A DNA stretch of 24,000 nucleotides from Pyrococcus kukulkanii. Its GTDB lineage: Archaea; Methanobacteriota_B; Thermococci; Thermococcales; Thermococcaceae. The stretch is from contig NZ_CP010835.1 in assembly GCF_001577775.1 (NCBI RefSeq), positions 1,658,264-1,682,263 on the forward strand. The letters run 5' to 3'. The position numbers and the translations under genes are program-made. This document shows positions 10,577 through 18,511 of this stretch, piece after piece (the stretch's first letter is position 1; each line of letters starts with the position of its first letter). Under the pieces are notes generated by a model. The model ran no database searches and was not told where the DNA came from. It was given only the letters and a program-made list of their open reading frames with translations.

Positions 10577-11020
10577 ATGCCAGGTAAGAAGGCTCCTAAT
10601 GGTGAATTCGCTGGTAGGAAGTTAAAGCTCAAGAGGAAGAAGTTCAGGTGGAGCGATATCAGGTACAAGAGGAGAGTCCTCAGGCTCAAGGAGAAGAGCG
10701 ATCCACTTGAAGGCGCACCACAGGCTAGGGGAATTGTCCTTGAAAAGATCGCTGTAGAGGCAAAGCAACCCAACTCAGGAATGCGTAAGGCAGTGAGAGT
10801 TCAACTCATCAAGAACGGTAAAGTCGTTACCGCATTCTGTCCCGGTGTTGGTGCTATCAACTTCATCGACGAGCACGATGAAGTGATCATCGAGGGTATT
10901 GGTGGTCCAAAGGGTGGTTCAATGGGTGACATCCCAGGAATCAGGTACAAGGTAGTTAAGGTAAACAGAGTCTCCCTCAAGGAGCTAGTTAAGGGTAGGA
11001 AGGAGAAGCCAAGGAGGTGA
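10577..11020 (+). CDS. rps12: 30S ribosomal protein S12 (uS12)
   Basis: [27 protein letters not shown]...[13 protein letters not shown]...[14 protein letters not shown] is the S12/S23 family. The track start (GTG at 10568) is inside SD GGGTGAGG (10566-10573). The ATG at 10577 is more likely. Confidence 0.95.
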   Translation: MPGKKAPNGEFAGRKLKLKRKKFRWSDIRYKRRVLRLKEKSDPLEGAPQARGIVLEKIAVEAKQPNSGMRKAVRVQLIKNGKVVTAFCPGVGAINFIDEHDEVIIEGIGGPKGGSMGDIPGIRYKVVKVNRVSLKELVKGRKEKPRR

Positions 11021-11025
11021 AGTCA

Positions 11026-11673
11026 ATGGCCAAGCCACTGAGCGAGAGATTCTTCATTCCTCACGAGATCAAAGTTATGGGAAGATGGAGCACCGAGGAC
11101 GTTGAAGTTAGGGACCCATCACTCAGGCCCTACATAAACCTTGAGCCAAGGCTACTCCCCCACACCCATGGAAGGTACGCCAAGAAGCACTTCGGAAAGG
11201 CAAACGTCCACATCGTGGAGAGGCTAATTAACAAGGTCATGAGGAGCGGTGGAAGCCACTACAAGGTCGCTGGCCACTTTATGAGGAGGGAGCACAGGTC
11301 ACTCAACAGCAAGAAAGTCAAGGCTTACGAGGTCGTCAAGGAGGCATTCAAGATCATCGAGAAGAGGACTGGAAAGAATCCAATCCAGGTTTTAGTGTGG
11401 GCTATCGAGAACGCGGCCCCAAGAGAGGACACCACAAGCGTAATGTTCGGTGGTATAAGGTACCACGTTGCAGTTGATATCTCACCACTGAGGAGACTTG
11501 ACGTTGCGCTGAGGAACATCGCCCTTGGTGCATCAGCCAAGTGCTACAGGACCAAGATGAGCTTTGCGGAGGCCTTAGCTGAGGAGATAATCCTGGCAGC
11601 AAACAAGGATCCAAAGAGCTACGCCTACAGCAAGAAGCTCGAGATCGAGAGGATTGCAGAATCCTCACGTTGA
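11026..11673 (+). CDS. rps7: 30S ribosomal protein S7 (uS7)
   Basis: The S7/S5e family sequence follows rps12. The track start (GTG at 11017) is inside SD GGAGGTGA (11013-11020), which also contains the rps12 stop. The ATG at 11026 ([10 protein letters not shown]...) is more likely. Confidence 0.95.
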   Translation: MAKPLSERFFIPHEIKVMGRWSTEDVEVRDPSLRPYINLEPRLLPHTHGRYAKKHFGKANVHIVERLINKVMRSGGSHYKVAGHFMRREHRSLNSKKVKAYEVVKEAFKIIEKRTGKNPIQVLVWAIENAAPREDTTSVMFGGIRYHVAVDISPLRRLDVALRNIALGASAKCYRTKMSFAEALAEEIILAANKDPKSYAYSKKLEIERIAESSR

Positions 11674-11701
11674 TTCCCTTCTTTTCTCTTAGGTGTTTTT
11701 A

Positions 11702-12058
11702 ATGTTCAAGTACAAGCAGGTTATCGTTGTTAGGAAGGATTTAAAGCTTAGTAAAGGAAAACTGGCTGTTCAGGTTGCTCACGGGGCCGTTACAGCCGCT
11801 TTTAAGGCTTACAAAGAAAAAAGAGAGTGGTTTGAGAAGTGGTTCAATGGGGGGCAGAAGAAAGTCGTAGTTAAGGTCGAGAAGCTTGAAGATCTCTTTG
11901 AGCTGAAGGAGAAAGCCGAAAAGCTTGACCTACCCGTTGCCTTAATTCAAGACGCTGGATTAACCGAAATTCCTCCGGGAACGATAACCGTTCTTGCTGT
12001 GGGCCCTGGGCCTAGTGAATTGGTCGATAAAGTTACTGGTCACCTGAAACTTCTTTAA
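11702..12058 (+). CDS. pth2: Peptidyl-tRNA hydrolase, archaeal/eukaryotic type (Pth2)
   Basis: [30 protein letters not shown]...[20 protein letters not shown] is classic Pth2. The ATG at 11702 lies 6 nt after AGGTG, while the track start (GTG at 11693) is inside that SD. Confidence 0.9.
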   Translation: MFKYKQVIVVRKDLKLSKGKLAVQVAHGAVTAAFKAYKEKREWFEKWFNGGQKKVVVKVEKLEDLFELKEKAEKLDLPVALIQDAGLTEIPPGTITVLAVGPGPSELVDKVTGHLKLL

Positions 12059-12072
12059 GTCCTTTCTCAAAG

Positions 12073-12109
12073 TAGTTCACACATGATTATGATAATCTAA
12101 TGTGAACTA
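12073..12109. repeat. 9-bp inverted repeat TAGTTCACA / TGTGAACTA with a 19-nt spacer in the pth2-truD intergenic region
   Basis: TAGTTCACA at 12073-12081 and its exact reverse complement at 12101-12109 are followed by the T-rich/TATA-like AAATCTTTTTATTC (12116-12129). It could be a pth2 terminator hairpin or an operator for truD. Confidence 0.4.
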
Positions 12110-12150
12110 TTGTAGAAATCTTTTTATTCGTCCTTTAGCTCTTAAAGAGG

Positions 12151-13383
12151 ATGAGGTACCTAAGCGAAGCCCCAGGGATAGGTGGAAAGATAAAGGCCTA
12201 CCCGGAAGATTTCATAGTTAGGGAAGTCTTACCTTCTTCTATTTTTAGGAGTGGAAAGTGCAGAATATATCTCCTGAAGAAGAGAAATTGGGAGACTATG
12301 GCGGCCATAAAGGAAATAGCGAAGAGAGTCGGCATTCACTATTCTGAGATTGGCTTCGCGGGAACAAAGGATAGGCATGCTGTAACCTACCAGTATATAA
12401 GCATCTGCAGGGATGTTGATCTTGCCCAGGTCAGGATTGCAGAGATAGGAATAAAGTTCGTTGGATATGGTAGGCCACTTAAGCTTGGCCTTCTCCTGGG
12501 TAACTGGTTTAAGATAAGGGTCAGGGATGCGGAAAGGCCAGAATTAATTAAAGACATAATTGCAGAATTAAAGAATAAAGGGGGCTTTCCCAACTACTTC
12601 GGAGTTCAGAGGTTCGGCGAGAGGAGAAGCGTCAACCATATAGTTGGTAGGTTATTGCTTGAAGGGAAGTACGAGGAGGCGGCCGAGGTCTTCCTGGGGT
12701 ATCCTGGGGAAGGCATGGAGGGTGATGATGCTAGGAGAAAATTCCTGGAGACTAAGGATGTTGATCTGGCCCTTAAGGAATTCCCCAAGTTCCTGAGGTA
12801 CGAAAGAGCAATGCTTTACAGGTATAAAGAAACTAAAAGCTGGAAGAAGGCCTTTCTAGTTCTTCCAAGGCCAATATTAAAGATCTTTATCCATGCATTT
12901 CAGGCTTACCTGTTCAATCTGTACCTTTCAAAGAGGATAGAGGGGGGATTGCCACTAAACGAGGCTCTCCCAGGGGATATAGTCGTTCAGGTCAAGCGCG
13001 GAATACCACTTAGAACGAGAACTTACAGGGTGACGGAAACCAATGTAGACTTCGTGAACTCAAAGATAAAGAGGGGAGAAGCAATGGTTTCCGGGCCGAT
13101 CTTTGGCTACTCTATGAGAAAAGCTGAAGGCATCCCAGGAAAACTTGAAAAGGAAATCTTGGAAGAGGCAGGAATTAGCCTCGAGGCGTTTAAAAAGCTT
13201 CCAAAACCGCTGAGGGAGCCTGGAGGTAGAAGGGAACTCCTAATAAAGCCGAGAAAGTTTGCGTATAGGATCGAGGGAAATGACGTTGTGTTTAGGTTCT
13301 TCCTGCCCAAAGGTGTTTACGCGACGAGCGTTCTCAGGGAGATTATGAAGACTAGAGCTCTATCCCCTTTACCTTGTCGCTGA
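12151..13383 (+). CDS. truD: tRNA pseudouridine synthase TruD/Pus7 family
   Basis: The 410-aa ORF carries the TruD catalytic motif [11 protein letters not shown] plus the family-typical [10 protein letters not shown] segment. Its 3' end overlaps the convergent small ORF by 32 nt. Confidence 0.9.
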   Translation: MRYLSEAPGIGGKIKAYPEDFIVREVLPSSIFRSGKCRIYLLKKRNWETMAAIKEIAKRVGIHYSEIGFAGTKDRHAVTYQYISICRDVDLAQVRIAEIGIKFVGYGRPLKLGLLLGNWFKIRVRDAERPELIKDIIAELKNKGGFPNYFGVQRFGERRSVNHIVGRLLLEGKYEEAAEVFLGYPGEGMEGDDARRKFLETKDVDLALKEFPKFLRYERAMLYRYKETKSWKKAFLVLPRPILKIFIHAFQAYLFNLYLSKRIEGGLPLNEALPGDIVVQVKRGIPLRTRTYRVTETNVDFVNSKIKRGEAMVSGPIFGYSMRKAEGIPGKLEKEILEEAGISLEAFKKLPKPLREPGGRRELLIKPRKFAYRIEGNDVVFRFFLPKGVYATSVLREIMKTRALSPLPCR

Positions 13384-13600
13384 CGTAGCCCTCCAAAATT
13401 TCAACCCTAACGTACCTCTCTTCTCCCGTAAGGTCGGCCATTAGTGCCACTGCCCTCTGGTAGTCCCAGAGCCTCCTCTTAGCTTCATCTGTAACCCTGT
13501 ACGCCATAACAATTATCTCCTTCTCCATCTTCTGGCTTGCCATTTCTATTACCTTTAGGGCATCTTCCTCCGTGAACACTCCCTTCTTCTTCACCAGCAT
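13352..13600 (-). CDS. Small hypothetical protein (82 aa from ATG 13600; 94 aa if TTG 13636 is used)
   Basis: The [85 protein letters not shown] matches no family I recognise. The ATG at 13600 is preceded by the SD-like GGGGGT 7 nt upstream. The longer track version would translate the 30-nt palindrome from a TTG start. Confidence 0.5.
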   Translation of the reverse strand: MLVKKKGVFTEEDALKVIEMASQKMEKEIIVMAYRVTDEAKRRLWDYQRAVALMADLTGEERYVRVEILEGYVSDKVKGIEL

Positions 13601-13603
13601 ATC

Positions 13604-13633
13604 TATACCCCCGAAACTAGTTTCGGGGGTATA
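13604..13633. repeat. Perfect 30-nt palindrome TATACCCCCGAAACTAGTTTCGGGGGTATA
   Basis: Read directly: the sequence equals its own reverse complement. It lies between the methyltransferase stop (13646) and the ATG at 13600 of the small ORF. Its proximal arm contains the putative SD of that ORF. Confidence 0.9.
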
Positions 13634-13645
13634 CAAATAGAAAGT

Positions 13646-14578
13646 TTATGGCTTGACTATCTTTGCTATATAGAATGCTTCGGTATCGTTGTCCTGGGGA
13701 TGAATTCTAACGGTCTTCTTTAGTTCTTCGCTGTACTTTCTCCCCTCCCATTCCAAAACCGGCTCAGTTGTCTTTAATGGCAGTTTAATTTTTTCGAGCT
13801 TCGCATCCGTCTTCTGGAGGAGAAAATCTACTACCCCTTCATTCTCCAAAGGATCTACAGTGCACGTTGAATAAACAAGAACCCCTCCAGGCTTTAGAGC
13901 TTTATATGCGGCTAGTATAAGCCTCTTCTGGAGCCTTGAGTGATAGTAGACCTTTCCTAGGCTCCACGTCTTTGCAAACTTGAAGTTCTTCCTTATCATT
14001 CCAACGGAGGAGCATGGGGCATCCAAGAGAACCCTGTCAAAGGTATCCTCGTATTTGGCGTAGTAGGCACCATCCTTTACGGTAACCTTTGCAATTAAAA
14101 CTCCCGCCCTATTGAGGTTAGCTATGAGGATATTTGCCCTGTCCTGCTTTGCGTCGTTGGCTATTATGCAGCCCTCATTATCCATGTACTGAGCTATCTG
14201 AGTAGTTTTGCTCCCTGGGGCAGCTGCCATATCCAGAATCAGCTCTCCCGGTTTTGGATCTAGAACTACGGGGGGTATCATGGAGCTGGCTTCCTGGGGA
14301 ATAATCAGGCCGAGGGAGTATTCAATTAGCTGGCCGAAGTTTACATCATGAGATTTAATGAAAAATCCCTCTCCCTTCGTCCACGGAATTCTCTCGAGCT
14401 CAAACTTCTCCTCAAGCATCGACTTTATCTCGTCAAGGTTGCCCTTAAGGGTGTTTATCCTGATGCTCGGTCTTAAAGGTTTGTAAAGGTAGGCCCAGAA
14501 ATCTTCGGCATCATCTAGCTTGGCGTACCTTTCCACGAGCTTCCTGTTGATCTTTTGGAACTCTTCTCTGTAGTTCAT
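13646..14578 (-). CDS. NOL1/NOP2/Sun-family RNA (cytosine-C5)-methyltransferase, aTrm4-like
   Basis: The 310-aa ORF has the SAM-binding motif LDMAAAPGSKT, motif IV DAPCSSVG and motif VI YSTCT, the two catalytic Cys motifs of RNA m5C methyltransferases. The size matches the short archaeal Trm4-type enzymes. Confidence 0.85.
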   Translation of the reverse strand: MNYREEFQKINRKLVERYAKLDDAEDFWAYLYKPLRPSIRINTLKGNLDEIKSMLEEKFELERIPWTKGEGFFIKSHDVNFGQLIEYSLGLIIPQEASSMIPPVVLDPKPGELILDMAAAPGSKTTQIAQYMDNEGCIIANDAKQDRANILIANLNRAGVLIAKVTVKDGAYYAKYEDTFDRVLLDAPCSSVGMIRKNFKFAKTWSLGKVYYHSRLQKRLILAAYKALKPGGVLVYSTCTVDPLENEGVVDFLLQKTDAKLEKIKLPLKTTEPVLEWEGRKYSEELKKTVRIHPQDNDTEAFYIAKIVKP

Positions 14579-14798
14579 GTTTGGCTCGTTCTTGTAGGGG
14601 GTATTTAGGTTTTAGGTTTGTGATCCGGAGGATAGTTTGCTAAAGTATACAATCTGGCCTTTTCGATGTTATATTTTTCACATCATATAGTTTATTGCCT
14701 CCATAATGGCGAATATGTGTCCAATAAATGCGAAGACAGTAATTGTGAGGTTGTATGTCGTTATGACCTGGATGTTGACGTCTCCCCTTGTGAAGTAT

Positions 14799-17380
14799 CT
14801 TTCAATTCTATTTTAGTCTTATTGGAACCAGGAGGAGGGAGCTCTTCGATGAGTACAGCGTGATCTACTTTCAATTCTATTTTAGTCTTATTGGAACTGG
14901 CGTCTTCAGCTGGCAGTATGACGTCACGGGTGACTTTCAATTCTATTTTTTAGTCTTATTGGAACAGATGTTCCGTTGGGGTCATATGTTATTGTGGTGT
15001 ACTTTCAATTCTATTTTAGTCTTATTGGAACCAAAATACTTGCAGTCACTACACGTGTACTTTTTCTCTTTCAATTCTATTTTAGTCTTATTGGAACGCA
15101 TGTTATGGTCAATGGGAATAGCGGCGGTGGCGGGCCTCTTTCAATTCTATTTTAGTCTTATTGGAACTAGTTCCTTCCTTCTTTATGATGTAGAACTTGT
15201 TCGGCTTTCAATTCTATTTTAGTCTTATTGGAACTCCTACTTGTAGAGCCGTCGCTCTAAGATGATCTCCGCTTTCAATTCTATTTTAGTCTTATTGGAA
15301 CGGCCTAGAGAAAGTAGACTTCGTGGAGATGATGTACCTTTCAATTCTATTTTAGTCTTATTGGAACCTCGTTTGCGAGCCTAACGAGCCTTGCGACCTC
15401 CCCTCTTTCAATTCTATTTTAGTCTTATTGGAACTCGACGAAGCCAGAAGAGGCTGTTGTCGCTTCTTTTTCTTTCAATTCTATTTTAGTCTTATTGGAA
15501 CGGGCACCGGTGGGGGACAATAGCGCCCAACCCCACCGGCTTTCAATTCTATTTTAGTCTTATTGGAACCCGGTGAAGCTTGACGTCTACGTCGACGGCA
15601 GGCTCGTCTTTCAATTCTATTTTAGTCTTATTGGAACAGTAGTTGAAGATGAAGATGTTGATCGCGTCTATCTTGCTTTCAATTCTATTTTAGTCTTATT
15701 GGAACCTCGCTCCCGACTCGGTGGACACGGTGAACGACATCCTTTCAATTCTATTTTAGTCTTATTGGAACCGATGCCGGCCCGCGTGGTCGAGGTTACA
15801 GATGAGGGCATCTTTCAATTCTATTTTAGTCTTATTGGAACAAAGCAAATATATCCGGAAGCATCACTGAGTTCAAGCTTTCAATTCTATTTTAGTCTTA
15901 TTGGAACCCATCCGCCTCTGGGATCTTGACGGACTGAAGAACGTCTTTCAATTCTATTTTAGTCTTATTGGAACTATGCTCTGGACCTACTTGGCGAGGT
16001 TCAAGGGTTTCCTTTCAATTCTATTTTAGTCTTATTGGAACCATCTCACGTTCAAGTGTGAGCGGGACGGCCCTTATTACCTCTTTCAATTCTATTTTAG
16101 TCTTATTGGAACCTGCTTGGGTACTCCTCTGGCCTCATCCTGAGCTTTGCTTTCAATTCTATTTTAGTCTTATTGGAACCGCAGAAAAGCGCTATGGTAC
16201 CAATAGAGAGATTCCCTTTCAATTCTATTTTAGTCTTATTGGAACAGATGAGGGCCACCTTCTCCGCGATCTTCTCCGCCGCTTTCAATTCTATTTTAGT
16301 CTTATTGGAACTGGGAATGGGTGAGAGTGAATTGATCAATAAGATTTCTTTCAATTCTATTTTAGTCTTATTGGAACGATGCAGGGATATGACGAGAAGT
16401 GGGCGAGAGCGTATCTTTCAATTCTATTTTAGTCTTATTGGAACCGCTAAGGCACATACTAACTGAATTCGCCCGCGAGACTTTCAATTCTATTTTAGTC
16501 TTATTGGAACCAAACTTCACGACAGCCCTCTCTAGCTTCAAGAGCCTCTTTCAATTCTATTTTAGTCTTATTGGAACCTTCTCTGCCATTCTGCGGGTTA
16601 TTGGGTACTCATAGCTTTCAATTCTATTTTAGTCTTATTGGAACCTACTTGACCTACGTGGAGGATAGCGGCGGATTGGGTACTTTCAATTCTATTTTAG
16701 TCTTATTGGAACCTGGAGGGCGTGGTAGAGGACGCTGTCGTACTCCTCACTTTCAATTCTATTTTAGTCTTATTGGAACAGCGAACCCGCAGAAATACTT
16801 CGTCTTCGTAGACCTCCTTTCAATTCTATTTTAGTCTTATTGGAACGTGTTCGTCGCCGTTGACTCCAGGACTAAGGAGCCCCCTTTCAATTCTATTTTA
16901 GTCTTATTGGAACGCTGTAGCTAGACCAGTCGCCGATGTCGCCGTCGCTTCTTTCAATTCTATTTTAGTCTTATTGGAACCCAGTATAACCGCGTTATAT
17001 GCTAGGGACTATGTTGTCTTTCAATTCTATTTTAGTCTTATTGGAACGAGGATCCTAGTTAGGGCATACATTGAGAGCGAAAGTCTTTCAATTCTATTTT
17101 AGTCTTATTGGAACATCACTGAACAACTCCACCCGTGAACTAGCGCTGATCTTTCAATTCTATTTTAGTCTTATTGGAACACAACGTTCAAGTACAGGGC
17201 AAGATCCTCAGCCGTGCTTTCAATTCTATTTTAGTCTTATTGGAACGTGAGCAGGAGAAAGATGAACGTGACTATGAAGACTGCCTTTCAATTCTATTTT
17301 AGTCTTATTGGAACTCCTGGAGTAGGCGACTTGCTTGAGACTCCTATAAACTTTCAATTCTATTTTAGTCTTATTGGAAC
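14799..17380 (-). CRISPR. CRISPR array, 39 repeats / 38 spacers, Pyrococcus-type 30-nt repeat
   Basis: On the + strand the repeat is CTTTCAATTCTATTTTAGTCTTATTGGAAC at a period of 66-71 nt. The first copy is 14799-14828 and the last is 17351-17380. The 38 spacers are 36-41 nt and all different. All copies look identical by eye except copy 3. Three points support the minus-strand call. The reverse complement GTTCCAATAAGACTAAAATAGAATTGAAAG ends in ATTGAAAG, the 8-nt crRNA 5' tag produced by Cas6 in P. furiosus. The AT-rich ORF-free leader is on the 17381 side. The only degenerate repeat is near the opposite end. Confidence 0.98.
14934..14965 (-). repeat. Variant CRISPR repeat (32 nt, TT insertion in the T-run)
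   Basis: CTTTCAATTCTATTTTTTAGTCTTATTGGAAC has six T instead of four between ...CTA and AGTC.... The ORF-track translation confirms this by switching from the FQFYFSLIGT frame to the LVLLE frame within this copy. Confidence 0.9.
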
Positions 17381-17851
17381 AGGTGCGATTTTTCTCTCAT
17401 TTCGTCTAAACTCTTTTAAGGTGTCTCTATTAATATAAGCTTTTTGCTGAAGGGGAGTTATGAAAGCCTATGAAAAATATCTATACTAAAGGATGACAAA
17501 CTGGCTGAAATTTGTAATTGTGGGAAGTATTGATGATATTTCTTACCAGCGTTAAGGACGTGCAAAGGTTGCTCACCACTCTGTACTGCGGATTCATAAT
17601 TTTGGTTATATTTTTTACCAAAACAACGATATATATGCCCGAACGCCTATATTAAAGCAATTCTCTCCTAAATCTGAAAATCTCAAAAATATTTCGTAAT
17701 ATTTTAGCATGCTATACTGGGCATGTTGGTATTTAGTAACAAAAAATTGTTAAAAACGTCCAAACGCTTTTCCGGGCTTTAATAATCAAGAAAAACATCA
17801 AAAGGGCGATATCTGTTAAATTGAGGCATCTACTATTGCTTCTAAAAATCT
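17381..17851 (-). promoter_or_regulatory. CRISPR leader (AT-rich, ORF-free)
   Basis: A 471-bp stretch with no ORF in any frame on the track and a very AT-rich composition. It directly abuts the last + strand repeat (the first repeat in transcription order) and ends at the archease stop codon. Confidence 0.7.
17431..17446 (-). promoter_or_regulatory. Candidate BRE/TATA of the pre-crRNA promoter
   Basis: The minus strand reads CAAAAAGCTTATATTA (BRE-like AAAAAG plus TATA CTTATATTA) about 50-65 nt upstream of the first repeat. The expected TSS is near 17408, which gives a ~28-nt 5' leader on the transcript. Confidence 0.35.
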
Positions 17852-18280
17852 TCAGATGTCAGGAACCAACTGTGCTGTCCATCTTCCATCTGGCAGTTGT
17901 TCTATCTTCATATCATGGTAAGTTATCGCCTTGACTTCTTCTTTGGGCTCGTGCTTTTCAGGATCAAACTTTTCGCCGTAGGCTTTTGCTTTCAGCCTAT
18001 ACTTTCCGTTCACCTTCTCTATTTTGACTTCGAAGTCCCTGAAGACCAGCCCTTCGATATCATGAATTACTAATAGCTCTTCAAGGAAGTTGTAGAGGAG
18101 GGATTCGAGGTCATCTCCCTCGACTTCGATTTCCCTAACTTCTTTCTTTTCAATCTTGTTTACGTCAACGATTACGTCAAAGAGAGCTATTGCCACAGCC
18201 TCAAACGCCTCTTCAAGGGAATCTCCATACCCCCTGATTCCTATGTCGGCCGTATGCTCGTAGTGCTCCCATGTTTTCAT
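17852..18280 (-). CDS. Archease (RtcB / m5C-methyltransferase accessory protein)
   Basis: The 142-aa [36 protein letters not shown]...[11 protein letters not shown] carries the archease signature N-terminal EHTADIG motif, and the size is typical. A TATA-like AAAAATTTAAAACC (minus strand, ~18312-18325) lies upstream. Confidence 0.9.
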   Translation of the reverse strand: MKTWEHYEHTADIGIRGYGDSLEEAFEAVAIALFDVIVDVNKIEKKEVREIEVEGDDLESLLYNFLEELLVIHDIEGLVFRDFEVKIEKVNGKYRLKAKAYGEKFDPEKHEPKEEVKAITYHDMKIEQLPDGRWTAQLVPDI

Positions 18281-18511
18281 TTTTCATCCCAGGATAAAAC
18301 TTAGTGGAGGGAGGTTTTAAATTTTTGAATAGAATTAGTCTTCCCTGGGTTTGTTCGGGAGATGGATTGGGAAGTGGTATTGCCATAATTCTGCCATTCG
18401 TTCATATATTACATGCCAAAATATAAAAATCCAAATGCAAAAAGTAAAATCACACATAATTTGCCAGTAACATGATTTAAACACATCGTAATTGCTGGGG
18501 GTATTTGCGCC

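Noticed and set aside
14718-14750. GTGTCCAATAAATGCGAAGACAGTAATTGTGAGG, vaguely resembling the CRISPR repeat in the opposite orientation just outside the trailer end
   Set aside because: Only GT-CCAATAA and AATTG segments match. It needs several indels, it is in the wrong orientation, and no spacer-length periodicity links it to the array. It is probably chance.
15117-16673. Spacers 5 and 28 share the 10-mer ATAGCGGCGG, hinting at two spacers from one target
   Set aside because: Roughly one shared 10-mer is expected by chance among 38 spacers, and the flanking bases diverge immediately.
14666-17438. Nine track ORFs (14666-14863, 14860-15222, 15573-15929, 15968-16324, 16103-16354, 16173-16466, 16399-16614, 16571-16834, 17247-17438) lying on the CRISPR array
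   Set aside because: Their translations are dominated by the repeat read in different frames (FQFYFSLIGT, FNSILVLLEP, SNKTKIELK on the other strand). They are artefacts of a stop-free repeat, not genes.
17530-17590. TGATGA in the leader (17531-17536) as a possible C/D box sRNA; also ATGATGT on the minus strand near 14680
   Set aside because: No properly spaced D (CTGA), C' or D' boxes or terminal stem were found. I saw no convincing C/D or H/ACA sRNA in any intergenic region, though this was a search by eye only.
18328-18340. AATAGAATTAGTC upstream of archease, sharing 9 nt (AATAGAATT) with the minus-strand repeat
   Set aside because: It is an isolated short match in AT-rich sequence, with no second copy and no flanking repeat-like sequence.
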